64,000 nt of DNA from Cyanobacteria bacterium auto_48_18. GTDB lineage: Bacteria > Cyanobacteriota > Vampirovibrionia > Obscuribacterales > Obscuribacteraceae. The stretch is taken from assembly GCA_036170915.1 (NCBI GenBank), contig JAVHQC010000016.1, forward strand, positions 1 through 64,000, in the 5' to 3' direction. How positions within the stretch are numbered: position 1 is the stretch's first letter; the number at the start of each line of letters is the position of its first letter. The translations under genes and the position numbers were made by a program. The notes under the pieces were generated by a model that searched no databases, was not told the origin of the DNA, and was given only the letters and a program-made list of their open reading frames with translations. Positions 1 through 9,107 of this stretch are shown piece by piece.

Positions 1-46
1 ACCACCACCACCTCCTCCTCCTCCTCCGGTACCACCGGGGGGTTAA
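1..46 (+). CDS. 3' end of a gene entering the window, poly-proline C-terminus (PPPPPPPPPVPPGG*)
   Basis: Frame from position 2 reads a CCA/CCT codon run ending in TAA at 44-46, 4 nt before the next ATG. Confidence 0.65.
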   Translation, partial: PPPPPPPPPVPPGG

Positions 47-50
47 CAGA

Positions 51-767
51 ATGAGTGGAAGCCGTGTGCTTACAGCTTTGTTCGCTGCCTTGATTTGTCT
101 GGCCGGAACTGCCAGCGTGCTTGCGGTGAGCGAAAAATATAAAGGTGATGGTAATCACTGGCACCAGTTGGCCATTGAAGAGTCGTCGTATGGTGACGTC
201 AAGGCGGCCATGGTTCAAGGGCAACTGCCGCCCGCACTCTTTCCACGAGCCAGGGAGCTGGCGGTGCTTTACCGAGAGCAGAACAAAATGACTGAGGCCA
301 GCGCTATTTATCGAGCGTTATGGACGGTGAAACAATCGCCAGATAGTTTTGTCCAGAATGCACTCGATTTAGCATCAGTCTACTGCGACATGAGTGGCTT
401 TAAAAATGCCGCTGAGATCTACAAACAAATTCTTGCTTTCGATGCCAAACGAGTTGGTTCGTCTGATTGGCGCATCGCTCGTGACTATAACAATCTAGCT
501 ACTTGCTATCGTTCGCTGGCGAACACCACCGCCGACAAGGCGACCGCGACTAAGTACTTGCAATTGGCGAGAGAAAATATAATTCACGCCAAATCTGCTT
601 GTGCTACATGTGGTGCTACATGTGGTGCCACGGCCGAGGGCGTGACCGACTGCCGACGATTTATTTATGCTTACAATAGCAGTATTACCGAACGTGACAT
701 TCACCATGTAGAATTCGAAGCGCCTGACAAAAATGCTTTCTTCAAGCATTCAGCCACCCCATATTAG
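51..767 (+). CDS. Secreted or membrane-anchored TPR protein
   Basis: Hydrophobic N-terminus; TPR-like helices (ELAVLYREQNKMTEASAIY, DLASVYCD, DYNNLATCY). Confidence 0.75.
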   Translation: MSGSRVLTALFAALICLAGTASVLAVSEKYKGDGNHWHQLAIEESSYGDVKAAMVQGQLPPALFPRARELAVLYREQNKMTEASAIYRALWTVKQSPDSFVQNALDLASVYCDMSGFKNAAEIYKQILAFDAKRVGSSDWRIARDYNNLATCYRSLANTTADKATATKYLQLARENIIHAKSACATCGATCGATAEGVTDCRRFIYAYNSSITERDIHHVEFEAPDKNAFFKHSATPY

Positions 768-866
768 TCAAGCAATAGACCGGCCTGGTACAAATTTGCT
801 CTATAGATGCAGCCAATTTCGCTCAGGGCAGTTAGAATGTATGGGCGGTAGATATGGAGATTTTGC

Positions 867-1469
867 ATGAAGTCGGTTAAAGCAAGTGCGTTGGCGACAT
901 CTTTGCTTTGCAGTTTGGCAATGATGCCTGCAGCTTTCTGTCAATATCAGAATCAACTAGGCGCTCAATCAGCTGCCGAATCAGCCGGTCAGGCGATTAA
1001 CACAGTAAGCACCAATCCGACTCAATTAAGGCAGTGGTTCGACCGCTATGAAATAGTGCGTAAGACAGCGCAAATGACCCCTTCTGAAAGAGAGCGAGCT
1101 GACAACCTACTTTCTCAAGGCCTCTCTATTTTTATTGCCGGCCCCAACAAAGTGCAGGCGCAAAAGCTTTTAACTGGTCTGGTCTCAAAATATCAGATCG
1201 CGATTAATCAGATGAAGAGCTTACCGCTTTATCCTGAGACCAGTAAGTTGCACCGCGGGTACTACCAATATTTCACTGATGCTAAGGCTCTGTTTTCAGA
1301 TTACTTGCTGGTGCAAGACGATTTAATGGCCAAAGATCCGCGCACTGGCAAGAGAGTTATGCCTCAGCTGCTCGAACGCAAAAGCAATTTAGAAAATTTG
1401 GAGCGGCAAATTAAACAGCTTGATGCTGAGTTGCGCGGTCAATACGGCATCCCTCAATATCACGGTTAG
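867..1469 (+). CDS. Secreted helical hypothetical protein
   Basis: Signal peptide-like N-terminus, GGAG RBS, amphipathic helical sequence. Confidence 0.75.
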   Translation: MKSVKASALATSLLCSLAMMPAAFCQYQNQLGAQSAAESAGQAINTVSTNPTQLRQWFDRYEIVRKTAQMTPSERERADNLLSQGLSIFIAGPNKVQAQKLLTGLVSKYQIAINQMKSLPLYPETSKLHRGYYQYFTDAKALFSDYLLVQDDLMAKDPRTGKRVMPQLLERKSNLENLERQIKQLDAELRGQYGIPQYHG

Positions 1470-2641
1470 AGCGGCACTGTTGCCTTTTTGCTGTAGAGTT
1501 TTCGAATAGTATTGAGATCGCGTTGAGATATGCGCGAATGTTCATCGGTAATAGGAAACATCAAGTCTCCTTTGTTCTGGCTGTGCCCTAGCAGACCCAG
1601 TGCGTGACCGAGTTCGTGAGCAACGATATTACGCAAAGTCAAATATCGAATATCTGCATCTTTAGTATCAATCAGGTCTAAGTTGATTTCAATTTCTTGC
1701 GGCGGAACCGTATATTTGGGCCCCCTGCTGGGAATGTAGAGCGGCACAGGAATAGCGCCTACAGACAAAAGCGAGAGCCTGCCTGATGGTTTTTTCGTCC
1801 ATTTAGTTACGGTATGACCACCAAGAGTACTGTCATGAGAGTCGGTTTTGTTACCTAAGTGCGCCCAGGTTAGCTTGATGCGGGCGCCCTCCGGTCTTGT
1901 TAGCGGAGTAAATTTGATCATGCCGTCAGTACGCCTTTCCCAGTCACCGCAAGCCGCCAGCGCTGCTGCTGTATAACCGCGGTCGGCAGCCGCGGCTATG
2001 GCTATGGTGACAGGCATTTTTTCGAACTTAAAAATTCGATTTTTAGAAGCATCCATTACTGTTTCGAAATAGTCATTCTCTTTGTCGTTCGAGTCGTCAT
2101 CTGAATTTGCAGACGCCGGTTCTATGCGAAAAAAGTGAGGGGGGAAGGTATTTGGCACCGCCACTGCTTTGGTCAAATTGGCTGATTTTAGTAAGGTGCT
2201 GATGCGCTCTTTGCTTTCTCTGGAAGGTTCGCGCAGGGCTGGTGTCTGCGCCTGATTTAAATTGCTTGAAGACGCACGCGAAGATGGTGATGATGATGGT
2301 GGTGATGCACTCGATTGAGATCGTTCTTGCAAGGCGGCCAGGCGTTCAAAAATTGAGCCGACACCATAAGAGCCGAAAATTTTCAGTTCAAGGCCCTGAA
2401 GCCTTTGCACGATTGATTGACCTGGCGGAGCTGTGTATCCCTGTTGTGACTCAAGGTTGGCCAGTTGGTCTGGTAATGGCTGTGATGTTTGTGTGGTCTG
2501 AGCCGATACTGGAGATATCCCAGGTAATCCAGAAAATTCAGGCACCAAACACAGGGACGTGCCCACGATCAATGAGAAAGCGCTGAACAGAAAAGATCTA
2601 GTCACTGCTCGCAGAAAGATGTAGCTCGGTAATTGACTCAT
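1466..2641 (-). CDS. Secreted matrixin-like (M10/metzincin) zinc metalloprotease; start may be GTG at 2605
   Basis: HELGHALGLLGHS zinc motif followed by Met-turn DLMFP; signal peptide-like N-terminus. Confidence 0.85.
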   Translation of the reverse strand: MSQLPSYIFLRAVTRSFLFSAFSLIVGTSLCLVPEFSGLPGISPVSAQTTQTSQPLPDQLANLESQQGYTAPPGQSIVQRLQGLELKIFGSYGVGSIFERLAALQERSQSSASPPSSSPSSRASSSNLNQAQTPALREPSRESKERISTLLKSANLTKAVAVPNTFPPHFFRIEPASANSDDDSNDKENDYFETVMDASKNRIFKFEKMPVTIAIAAAADRGYTAAALAACGDWERRTDGMIKFTPLTRPEGARIKLTWAHLGNKTDSHDSTLGGHTVTKWTKKPSGRLSLLSVGAIPVPLYIPSRGPKYTVPPQEIEINLDLIDTKDADIRYLTLRNIVAHELGHALGLLGHSQNKGDLMFPITDEHSRISQRDLNTIRKLYSKKATVPL

Positions 2642-3170
2642 CGATAAACTGGCTTAATTTGAGCCTGACTGATTCTTGTATTCTCACCAGTTCGCGAGAA
2701 TAACAATAAAACTCCGCTCCGGTCTGCTGATCGAAGCTCATGGAAAATAAACCGCTCATGGGGTCATCCATTTCATTGAGCTGCGACTCAAGCTGTTGCA
2801 TACCAATATTGCAAAAGATACTTTTCTCTATAAGCTGAGGCTCAAGTACTTTCGCCAGTTTACCGCTGCCGTCGAGTATGCCCCATGTGCCGCTGAGAAA
2901 ACGATAAACAGGCACTTCCAGCTCAGGCTGCTTTTTCACAGGGGCAAGCAATTGTACGATTTTCGAAAAACTCGGACGTTTTGCTTCTTTCTCTCCCAGT
3001 GTTTCTAAATCTTCTGCCCGGTAACCCAAAAGTTCGCGATTAAGCCACGTCAAGCGTAGCTCAGGCAACTTTCCGCGCAGCGCCCGAGAGGTAAGAAGCA
3101 GTCCGTCTGAAACACTTAAGTCTTTGACGGCAAGCTGTTCGCGAATGCGGTTAAGTTGGTGATACAGCAT
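2598..3170 (-). CDS. Stand-alone AbiTii-like domain protein
   Basis: WLNRELLGY, VPVYR, GMQQLE and RIQESVRLKLSQFI occur in the order of the AbiTii WxxxELxGY, PxYR, (S)IxELE and VRxxLxxF pattern. Confidence 0.65.
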   Translation of the reverse strand: MLYHQLNRIREQLAVKDLSVSDGLLLTSRALRGKLPELRLTWLNRELLGYRAEDLETLGEKEAKRPSFSKIVQLLAPVKKQPELEVPVYRFLSGTWGILDGSGKLAKVLEPQLIEKSIFCNIGMQQLESQLNEMDDPMSGLFSMSFDQQTGAEFYCYSRELVRIQESVRLKLSQFIDESITELHLSASSD

Positions 3171-3417
3171 AGTTACCGCAATTGACTACTTATCTAATAT
3201 ATACGAAACCGCTCTGAGCGCCTATGGGCACCATAATTGGTGGCGCTGGCGGGCAATCGTATATCTTGGCTTACAACCATCATTTTAGTGCATAAATGAA
3301 ATTTTCAGGTGATTCCTCATCAATTTACAAAACTTATGATAGTTTTAGAATCGCGAGCCCTTCCGGCTTGGCAATTGACAGCTCAACCAGTTAATGAAAA
3401 AGACGACTAAAAAGTAG

Positions 3418-3723
3418 ATGAATCCACGCTTACAAGAACTGGCCCAGGCGCGCTACAGCCAAAAAGCTTTCCTTGGCGCACTTTTTGACCTTGCTCTAGA
3501 AGAGCAGTGGTTTGATTTGCAGCATATGGTGCAGCACGACATGGCCAAGGCGATTATTGCTGATTATTCCTATGAAATGGGCCGTGACTATCTCAATCAA
3601 GATCTGTTTTTCAAATGTTGGGAAGAAGTGATTGACGTGGGCTGGACAACATTCTGTCTGCATACCGGCATGACCAGAGAAAAGGTCGATAACAGCCTGG
3701 CTCAGCTGCGAGACGGCATTTAA
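3418..3723 (+). CDS. Small hypothetical protein (101 aa)
   Basis: Clean ATG ORF filling the gap; globular composition; no family recognised. Confidence 0.75.
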   Translation: MNPRLQELAQARYSQKAFLGALFDLALEEQWFDLQHMVQHDMAKAIIADYSYEMGRDYLNQDLFFKCWEEVIDVGWTTFCLHTGMTREKVDNSLAQLRDGI

Positions 3724-3739
3724 TATTTCACTGCCAGTT

Positions 3740-4828
3740 TTATTTTGATTGCGGAGCGCTGACTTCGGTGTATCGCACAACCATGGCCATACCACCAGGA
3801 AAGCGGGGGCTGGCATTTTGTTTTGGCAATTCGGAAGCCAGCGACCAGACGCCAGGGTTATTGGCGGCAAATTCAAGATCAATGCGATCTGCAGGGTTAA
3901 CCATAATGGTGTCGCGCATAGTATGTGGCTCCATTGGGTCTGAGCCGTTTTGTGCAATCACCTCGAAACGATGGCCGCTTAAATGCAAAGGCACCGCTTC
4001 ATCCATATTGTTGATTACGTGCAGGCGCACCCGTTCACCGTTATGAACATCGAGCGGAGGTGCGAATGGGGCGGTCTTGTCGTTAATTAGATAGACCACT
4101 TCAGCATTAGCGGTGGGTGAGGCAAGGCCCGTTTCTTGCTTGCTTAAAAATAGCACCAATTCTTTGTTTGCTTCTTTTGTCCTCAAGCGAGGGTGCACGA
4201 TGATGGCCCCGAACATGCCCTTGAAGCGCTGTTCTTGATGAATGATTTGCGGATGGTAGAAATAGGTGCCTGGAGATCCGGCAATAAACTGGTAGACGAA
4301 TGTTTCATCTGGTTTGAGAAAACGTTCAGCCGCCGTGGTGGCATTGCCTGCTCGTGGTAAACCGTCTACTTTTTGCGGCAAAATCATGCCATGAAAATGC
4401 AGTGATGTTGGTGTTTTTAAATTGTTGTGGAGAACAATGCGCACGGGGTCGCCTTCGCGCAAGTGAATCTCAGGGCCTGGCATTCTGCCGTTGTAAGTCA
4501 AGATTTTGCTGGTTTTTTTATTGCCGGCATCAAGTATTGATTCACCAGCAAATAAGTGCACTTCTTGCACCGGGTTTTGCCCACTACCTAGTTGTCTGGC
4601 CATATCGGCGTTGGCACCGCTTGTGATTTCGCTCATGGCTCCCATGGCGTCTTTAACTTGATGTTTGATATCTTTCATTTCGTTGCGCATATCTTCAAGT
4701 TCAAGTTTTTCTTGTGCTTGTTCTTGAGCCATGTCGCCCATATCACTCAAACCTGCTGCACAAGCAATGTCTGATGCAATGAAATTTGGGCAGAGCAATA
4801 GACTGACAAGTAGAAAAAGTTTTTTCAT
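3740..4828 (-). CDS. Secreted two-domain multicopper-oxidase-fold (cupredoxin) protein with degenerate copper sites
   Basis: NGRMPGPEI, TSLHFHG, PGTYFYH, HLSGHRF, RDTI and NPGVW motifs; signal peptide. Confidence 0.85.
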   Translation of the reverse strand: MKKLFLLVSLLLCPNFIASDIACAAGLSDMGDMAQEQAQEKLELEDMRNEMKDIKHQVKDAMGAMSEITSGANADMARQLGSGQNPVQEVHLFAGESILDAGNKKTSKILTYNGRMPGPEIHLREGDPVRIVLHNNLKTPTSLHFHGMILPQKVDGLPRAGNATTAAERFLKPDETFVYQFIAGSPGTYFYHPQIIHQEQRFKGMFGAIIVHPRLRTKEANKELVLFLSKQETGLASPTANAEVVYLINDKTAPFAPPLDVHNGERVRLHVINNMDEAVPLHLSGHRFEVIAQNGSDPMEPHTMRDTIMVNPADRIDLEFAANNPGVWSLASELPKQNASPRFPGGMAMVVRYTEVSAPQSK

Positions 4829-5772
4829 TCTTTTTTACCGCGGGCGACTAGTGTTGCCACTGGTGCGTGGGTGACAATTTTGTTCGCCACTTCACCCATG
4901 AGAAAATGCTTGATGGCGCCTTTGCCCTGTGCTCCGACCACAATTAATTGTGCGTTGGCTGCGGTGGCAGCTTTAATGACTTCATTGGCTGGCTGACCAG
5001 TTTTCAGCAATATTTCAATATTCTTAAAACCATGCTCACTCAAAACTTTTTTGGCAGTGGCGAGATAAACTTCTCCTTCCATCATCAGATTTTCTTCCAT
5101 CTGTACTGAAAAAGATCTTGGTGTCAAGGCTGCCACCATGGTAGAGATGCTGGCCACATGAATAAGGTGAATTTTCTTGCTCTTAATCTGGCCGTTAAGC
5201 GTGACCATGGCCGATTCTACAGCTTTTAAGCAGTTGTCTGAGCCATCAATTGCCACCAGTACGTTTTCGATGGAATTTTCTGTTTCATCCGTGTGATTTC
5301 TTCTCAACACCAGAGTTGAACACGGTGCGTGTCTGGCCACATGAGCTGAAGTGCTGCCCATCATAAATTCGCCAGAGTCGCGTGGGCCTGATGAGACGAC
5401 CACTAATTCTTTTTTTTCATCAATGGCGGCTTGCTCAATCATATAAGCTGGGGGGCCGGTGACGATTTCAACTTGCACTTTGGCACCAAGGGCATCAAGC
5501 CTTTTTGCTAGTGCGTTCAATACAGGCTTCGCCTGCATTTCGATGGCATTATTCAAATCATTAGGTAAATCGGCCTGTGTGGCCAGTACTCTTTCATAAG
5601 AAGGCAATTCTTCTTTGACGTAGATTAGATTAATATTGCTGCCACTCAAAGACACCAGGCTTGCCAGTTGTTCTACATCAAACCAACTGCTTGTTTCGTC
5701 GCGATTTTCGCCCGATTTCTCTGCCTCATTCAAATAAGATTGAGAAACGTCGGCGGCAATCAAAATATTCAT
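4825..5772 (-). CDS. Tandem-domain universal stress protein (UspA family)
   Basis: Two Usp domains (MGSTSAHVARHAPCSTLV; VLVAIDGS...LIVVGAQG...LMGEVANKIV); ATGA overlap with the downstream gene. Confidence 0.9.
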   Translation of the reverse strand: MNILIAADVSQSYLNEAEKSGENRDETSSWFDVEQLASLVSLSGSNINLIYVKEELPSYERVLATQADLPNDLNNAIEMQAKPVLNALAKRLDALGAKVQVEIVTGPPAYMIEQAAIDEKKELVVVSSGPRDSGEFMMGSTSAHVARHAPCSTLVLRRNHTDETENSIENVLVAIDGSDNCLKAVESAMVTLNGQIKSKKIHLIHVASISTMVAALTPRSFSVQMEENLMMEGEVYLATAKKVLSEHGFKNIEILLKTGQPANEVIKAATAANAQLIVVGAQGKGAIKHFLMGEVANKIVTHAPVATLVARGKKE

Positions 5773-6008
5773 CTTATCTCTTCCAAATTTTTAGCAGGGT
5801 TGTGCATTTAGTCAGCGTCTTCAGTCAGGGCAATTGTACCAAGCTGGAAGACGCTGTTCGCAAGGGCGACCGGCGATTACTTTTCGGCCGGAGGCGGCCT
5901 TCTCACTTGGCAAGGCCGTAACGGTTGGCGAATATTTAGCCGCGAAAGTCACTTGTAGAGGTATCAATGGTAGACAATTAGACTTTGCGTGCGGTGGGAG
6001 GAAACTTT

Positions 6009-7304
6009 TTGATAGACCGTTATACCAGGCCCGAAATGGGCGCCATCTGGTCCATTGAAGCCAAGTTCCAGACCTATCTCGATGTTGAAATTGCTGTTTG
6101 CCAGGCTCAATGCGATATGGGCCTCATTCCCCCTGCCGCCCTTGCCGAAATTAAAAGTAAGGCCAGGTTTGATATTGCCCGCATTGATGAAATCGAGCTA
6201 CAAGTCAAGCACGATGTTATCGCTTTTCTTACCAGCGTCGGTGAAAATGTAGGCGACTCGGCTCGCTATATACATATGGGTCTTACCAGCTCAGATGTAA
6301 TTGACACTGCTCTGGCATTGCAAATGAAACGGGCTGCTGAATTGTTGCAAGCTGGGTTGGCCAAACTGACTGAAGCGGTGCTTAAGCAAGCGCGCAAACA
6401 TAAACACACAGTGATGGTTGGCCGGTCTCACGGTATTCATGCTGAACCAATTACATTTGGTTTTAAAATGGCGGTCTGGTTGGAAGAATTAAGGCGGCAT
6501 AAAATTCGCCTCGAGCAAGCCGTAGAGATGATTTCAGTGGGGCAGATGAGCGGGCCGGTAGGCACCTTTTCTAATATTTCGCCTGAAGTTGAAGAGCGCA
6601 CGCTCAAGATACTTTCTTTAGTGCCGGCAAAAATTTCAACGCAAATTATTCAAAGAGATCGGCATGCGCAGTTCGTCTTAACACTAGCGCTAATTGCTGC
6701 CAGTTTAGAAAAATTTGCTGTGGAAATCAGACATTTGCAGCGCACTGATGTTCTAGAAGTTGAAGAACCGTTTGCCGCCGGTCAGAAAGGCTCTTCGGCT
6801 ATGCCTCACAAACGCAACCCTGTGGCCAGCGAAAATATTACAGGCCTCGCTCGCGTGATTCGCGGCAATGCTGTGGCGGCTTTAGAGAACGTTGCCCTCT
6901 GGCACGAACGCGATATTTCGCATAGCTCTGTGGAACGCATTATTTTGCCTGACTCTACAATTTTGCTTGACTATATGCTCAACAGATTAGCGGTGGTGAT
7001 GGACGGACTTGTAGTATATCCAGACAATATGACCCGCAACATGGATCTTTTTGGCGGAGTAATTTTCTCGCAAGCTGTTCTGCTTAAACTTACCGATAAA
7101 GGTCTGGCCCGCGAAGAGGCATACAAGCTTGTGCAAGACAATGCCATGGCTGCCTGGAATCAAAAGAATGGTAACTTCCGCGACAATTTGTTAGCAGATA
7201 AACGCGTCACTGAACATTTGACGGTTGAAGAAATTACATCAAGCTTTGACCCGGCAAATTATTTGAAAAATATTGAACAGATCTTTGAGCGAGTAGGCAT
7301 TTAA
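6009..7304 (+). CDS. purB: Adenylosuccinate lyase; TTG start at 6009 after a GGAGG RBS
   Basis: IDRYTRPEM N-terminus, HDVIAF, GRSHGIHAEP and GSSAMPHKRNP signature. Confidence 0.97.
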   Translation: MIDRYTRPEMGAIWSIEAKFQTYLDVEIAVCQAQCDMGLIPPAALAEIKSKARFDIARIDEIELQVKHDVIAFLTSVGENVGDSARYIHMGLTSSDVIDTALALQMKRAAELLQAGLAKLTEAVLKQARKHKHTVMVGRSHGIHAEPITFGFKMAVWLEELRRHKIRLEQAVEMISVGQMSGPVGTFSNISPEVEERTLKILSLVPAKISTQIIQRDRHAQFVLTLALIAASLEKFAVEIRHLQRTDVLEVEEPFAAGQKGSSAMPHKRNPVASENITGLARVIRGNAVAALENVALWHERDISHSSVERIILPDSTILLDYMLNRLAVVMDGLVVYPDNMTRNMDLFGGVIFSQAVLLKLTDKGLAREEAYKLVQDNAMAAWNQKNGNFRDNLLADKRVTEHLTVEEITSSFDPANYLKNIEQIFERVGI

Positions 7305-7326
7305 TTTTAAGTGAGTTGAGGAGAGC

Positions 7327-9039
7327 ATGGCTCAAATAGATACAAGTAACCGAGCAGCCGGGCTGTTAGTACCTGTCTTTGCCTTGCGCCGTTCTGGCGA
7401 TTTGGGTATCGGCGACACGCTATGCGTCGAAGATGCCATTGATTTTTTTGTGCGTCACAAACTTACCGTTCTGCAAATTTTACCGGTGAACGAAACTGGC
7501 GGTGACAACAGCCCTTATGGTGCATTAAGTTCAATTGCCTTAGATCCACTCTATATATCTTTGGTACCAGATCTGGTGCCCGGACTCAGCTCTGAGATTC
7601 TTGATCAGCATGTTAGCGCCGCCATAATCGAGCAGCTGGCGCAGGGTCCGGTTAAATATGCGCTTGTGCGAAAGCTAAAATTAGAGCTTTTGCAAGCGGC
7701 TTTTAGGGCCTTTGAAAAAGGAAATACGGAAAGCAAAAAACAGTTTGATCAATTTCTTGCACAGCAAAAAGACTGGCTTGATGATTATGCACTTTTTCGA
7801 TCGTTAGTCGATAAGTTTGATGGCAATACCTGCTGGCCAAGCTGGCCCGAAGAACAGTCTTCATTTGTTAAAGCCAGGGCCTGGGCGGAAAGTGCTGCCG
7901 ACATTAAGGCGGCTGCGCGTTTTTACAGCTACGTGCAATGGGTGGCATTTTCGCAGTGGGCTAAAGTGCGCGCTCACGCTGATAAGCATGGCATTGCTTT
8001 AATGGGTGATATTCCATTTGGTATCAGTCGTTACAGTGCCGATGTCTGGAGCAATCCCCAATTATTTGATTTGAAATGGTCTGGTGGCGCACCACCTGAG
8101 AAGTTTTTCCAATCAGATGCCTTTACTGCAGAGTGGGGCCAGAACTGGGGTATCCCCATCTACAATTGGCCCGTTCATGAAAAAACAAAATATGCTTTCT
8201 GGCAAAATAGAGTCAAACAAGTCGCTGCTATTTTTCATTACTTCCGCATTGATCACGTGCTCGGATTTTTCCGTGTTTATTCTTTCCCCTGGATTCCTGA
8301 ACGCAATCAGGAATTTGTCGGGCTAACAAAAGAAGAAGCAAAGAAACTCACCGGCGGTTTGTTGCCCAAATTTATTTCTCAACCAGACGAACCAGAAAAG
8401 AATGCCAAGCTCAATCTGGCTCAGGGCGAAGCACTTTTGCGCATGATTCTTGCTGCCGCACCTGACTGCGGCGTGGTGGCAGAAGACCTCGGTATGGTGC
8501 CTGACTATGTCAGGCCGTGTTTGAAAAAACTAGGTGTACCCGGATTTACGATTCCGATTTTTGAAAGAGTAGAAAAAGACAGGTCATTTAAAGCTAAAGA
8601 AACGCAGCCTGAATTAGCACTTGTGACATACGGCACTCACGATCACCAACCAATCGCCAGCTTCTACGAAGGGCTTTGCCAGTGGTGGCATGGTGAAGAT
8701 GGGCATGAGGGCTGGTTGGAAGTGCAGCGTCTGATGAAATTTCTCGGCCTGGATGAAATCTCGCCACCTGCACATTTTACCCCTGAGCTACATAAGCGCA
8801 TGATTGAAGTGCTGATGGATAGCCCATCGTGGTTGGCAATCTTGATGATTAGCGACCTGTTTGGCAGCACTCAGCGCTTTAACGAACCGGGCATCGCCGG
8901 TGATTCTAACTGGAGTCAAAGATTAGACCGCAGCCTGGCCGATTATGAAAAAGATCCTGAGTACGCGCAGCCCATCGCTTGGCTCGAACAGGCCATCGCT
9001 AAGAGCGATAGGTACGCGGCAAGATCTGTAGCCAAATAG
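7327..9039 (+). CDS. malQ: 4-alpha-glucanotransferase (amylomaltase, GH77)
   Basis: SPY, GDIP, GAPP, GQNWG; catalytic RIDH, AEDLG and THD motifs. Confidence 0.93.
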   Translation: MAQIDTSNRAAGLLVPVFALRRSGDLGIGDTLCVEDAIDFFVRHKLTVLQILPVNETGGDNSPYGALSSIALDPLYISLVPDLVPGLSSEILDQHVSAAIIEQLAQGPVKYALVRKLKLELLQAAFRAFEKGNTESKKQFDQFLAQQKDWLDDYALFRSLVDKFDGNTCWPSWPEEQSSFVKARAWAESAADIKAAARFYSYVQWVAFSQWAKVRAHADKHGIALMGDIPFGISRYSADVWSNPQLFDLKWSGGAPPEKFFQSDAFTAEWGQNWGIPIYNWPVHEKTKYAFWQNRVKQVAAIFHYFRIDHVLGFFRVYSFPWIPERNQEFVGLTKEEAKKLTGGLLPKFISQPDEPEKNAKLNLAQGEALLRMILAAAPDCGVVAEDLGMVPDYVRPCLKKLGVPGFTIPIFERVEKDRSFKAKETQPELALVTYGTHDHQPIASFYEGLCQWWHGEDGHEGWLEVQRLMKFLGLDEISPPAHFTPELHKRMIEVLMDSPSWLAILMISDLFGSTQRFNEPGIAGDSNWSQRLDRSLADYEKDPEYAQPIAWLEQAIAKSDRYAARSVAK

Positions 9040-9107
9040 CAAGCATACTAAAATAGACAGTTCTGGGGTATGCTTCTATTGTTCCGTCACTTTCAAAGAG
9101 GGTTTGA

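Noticed and set aside
5866..5876. GCGACCGGCG resembles the ZTP riboswitch 5' motif upstream of purB
   Set aside because: One mismatch to GCGACTGGCG, and no downstream CGCCTGGGC pseudoknot hairpin.
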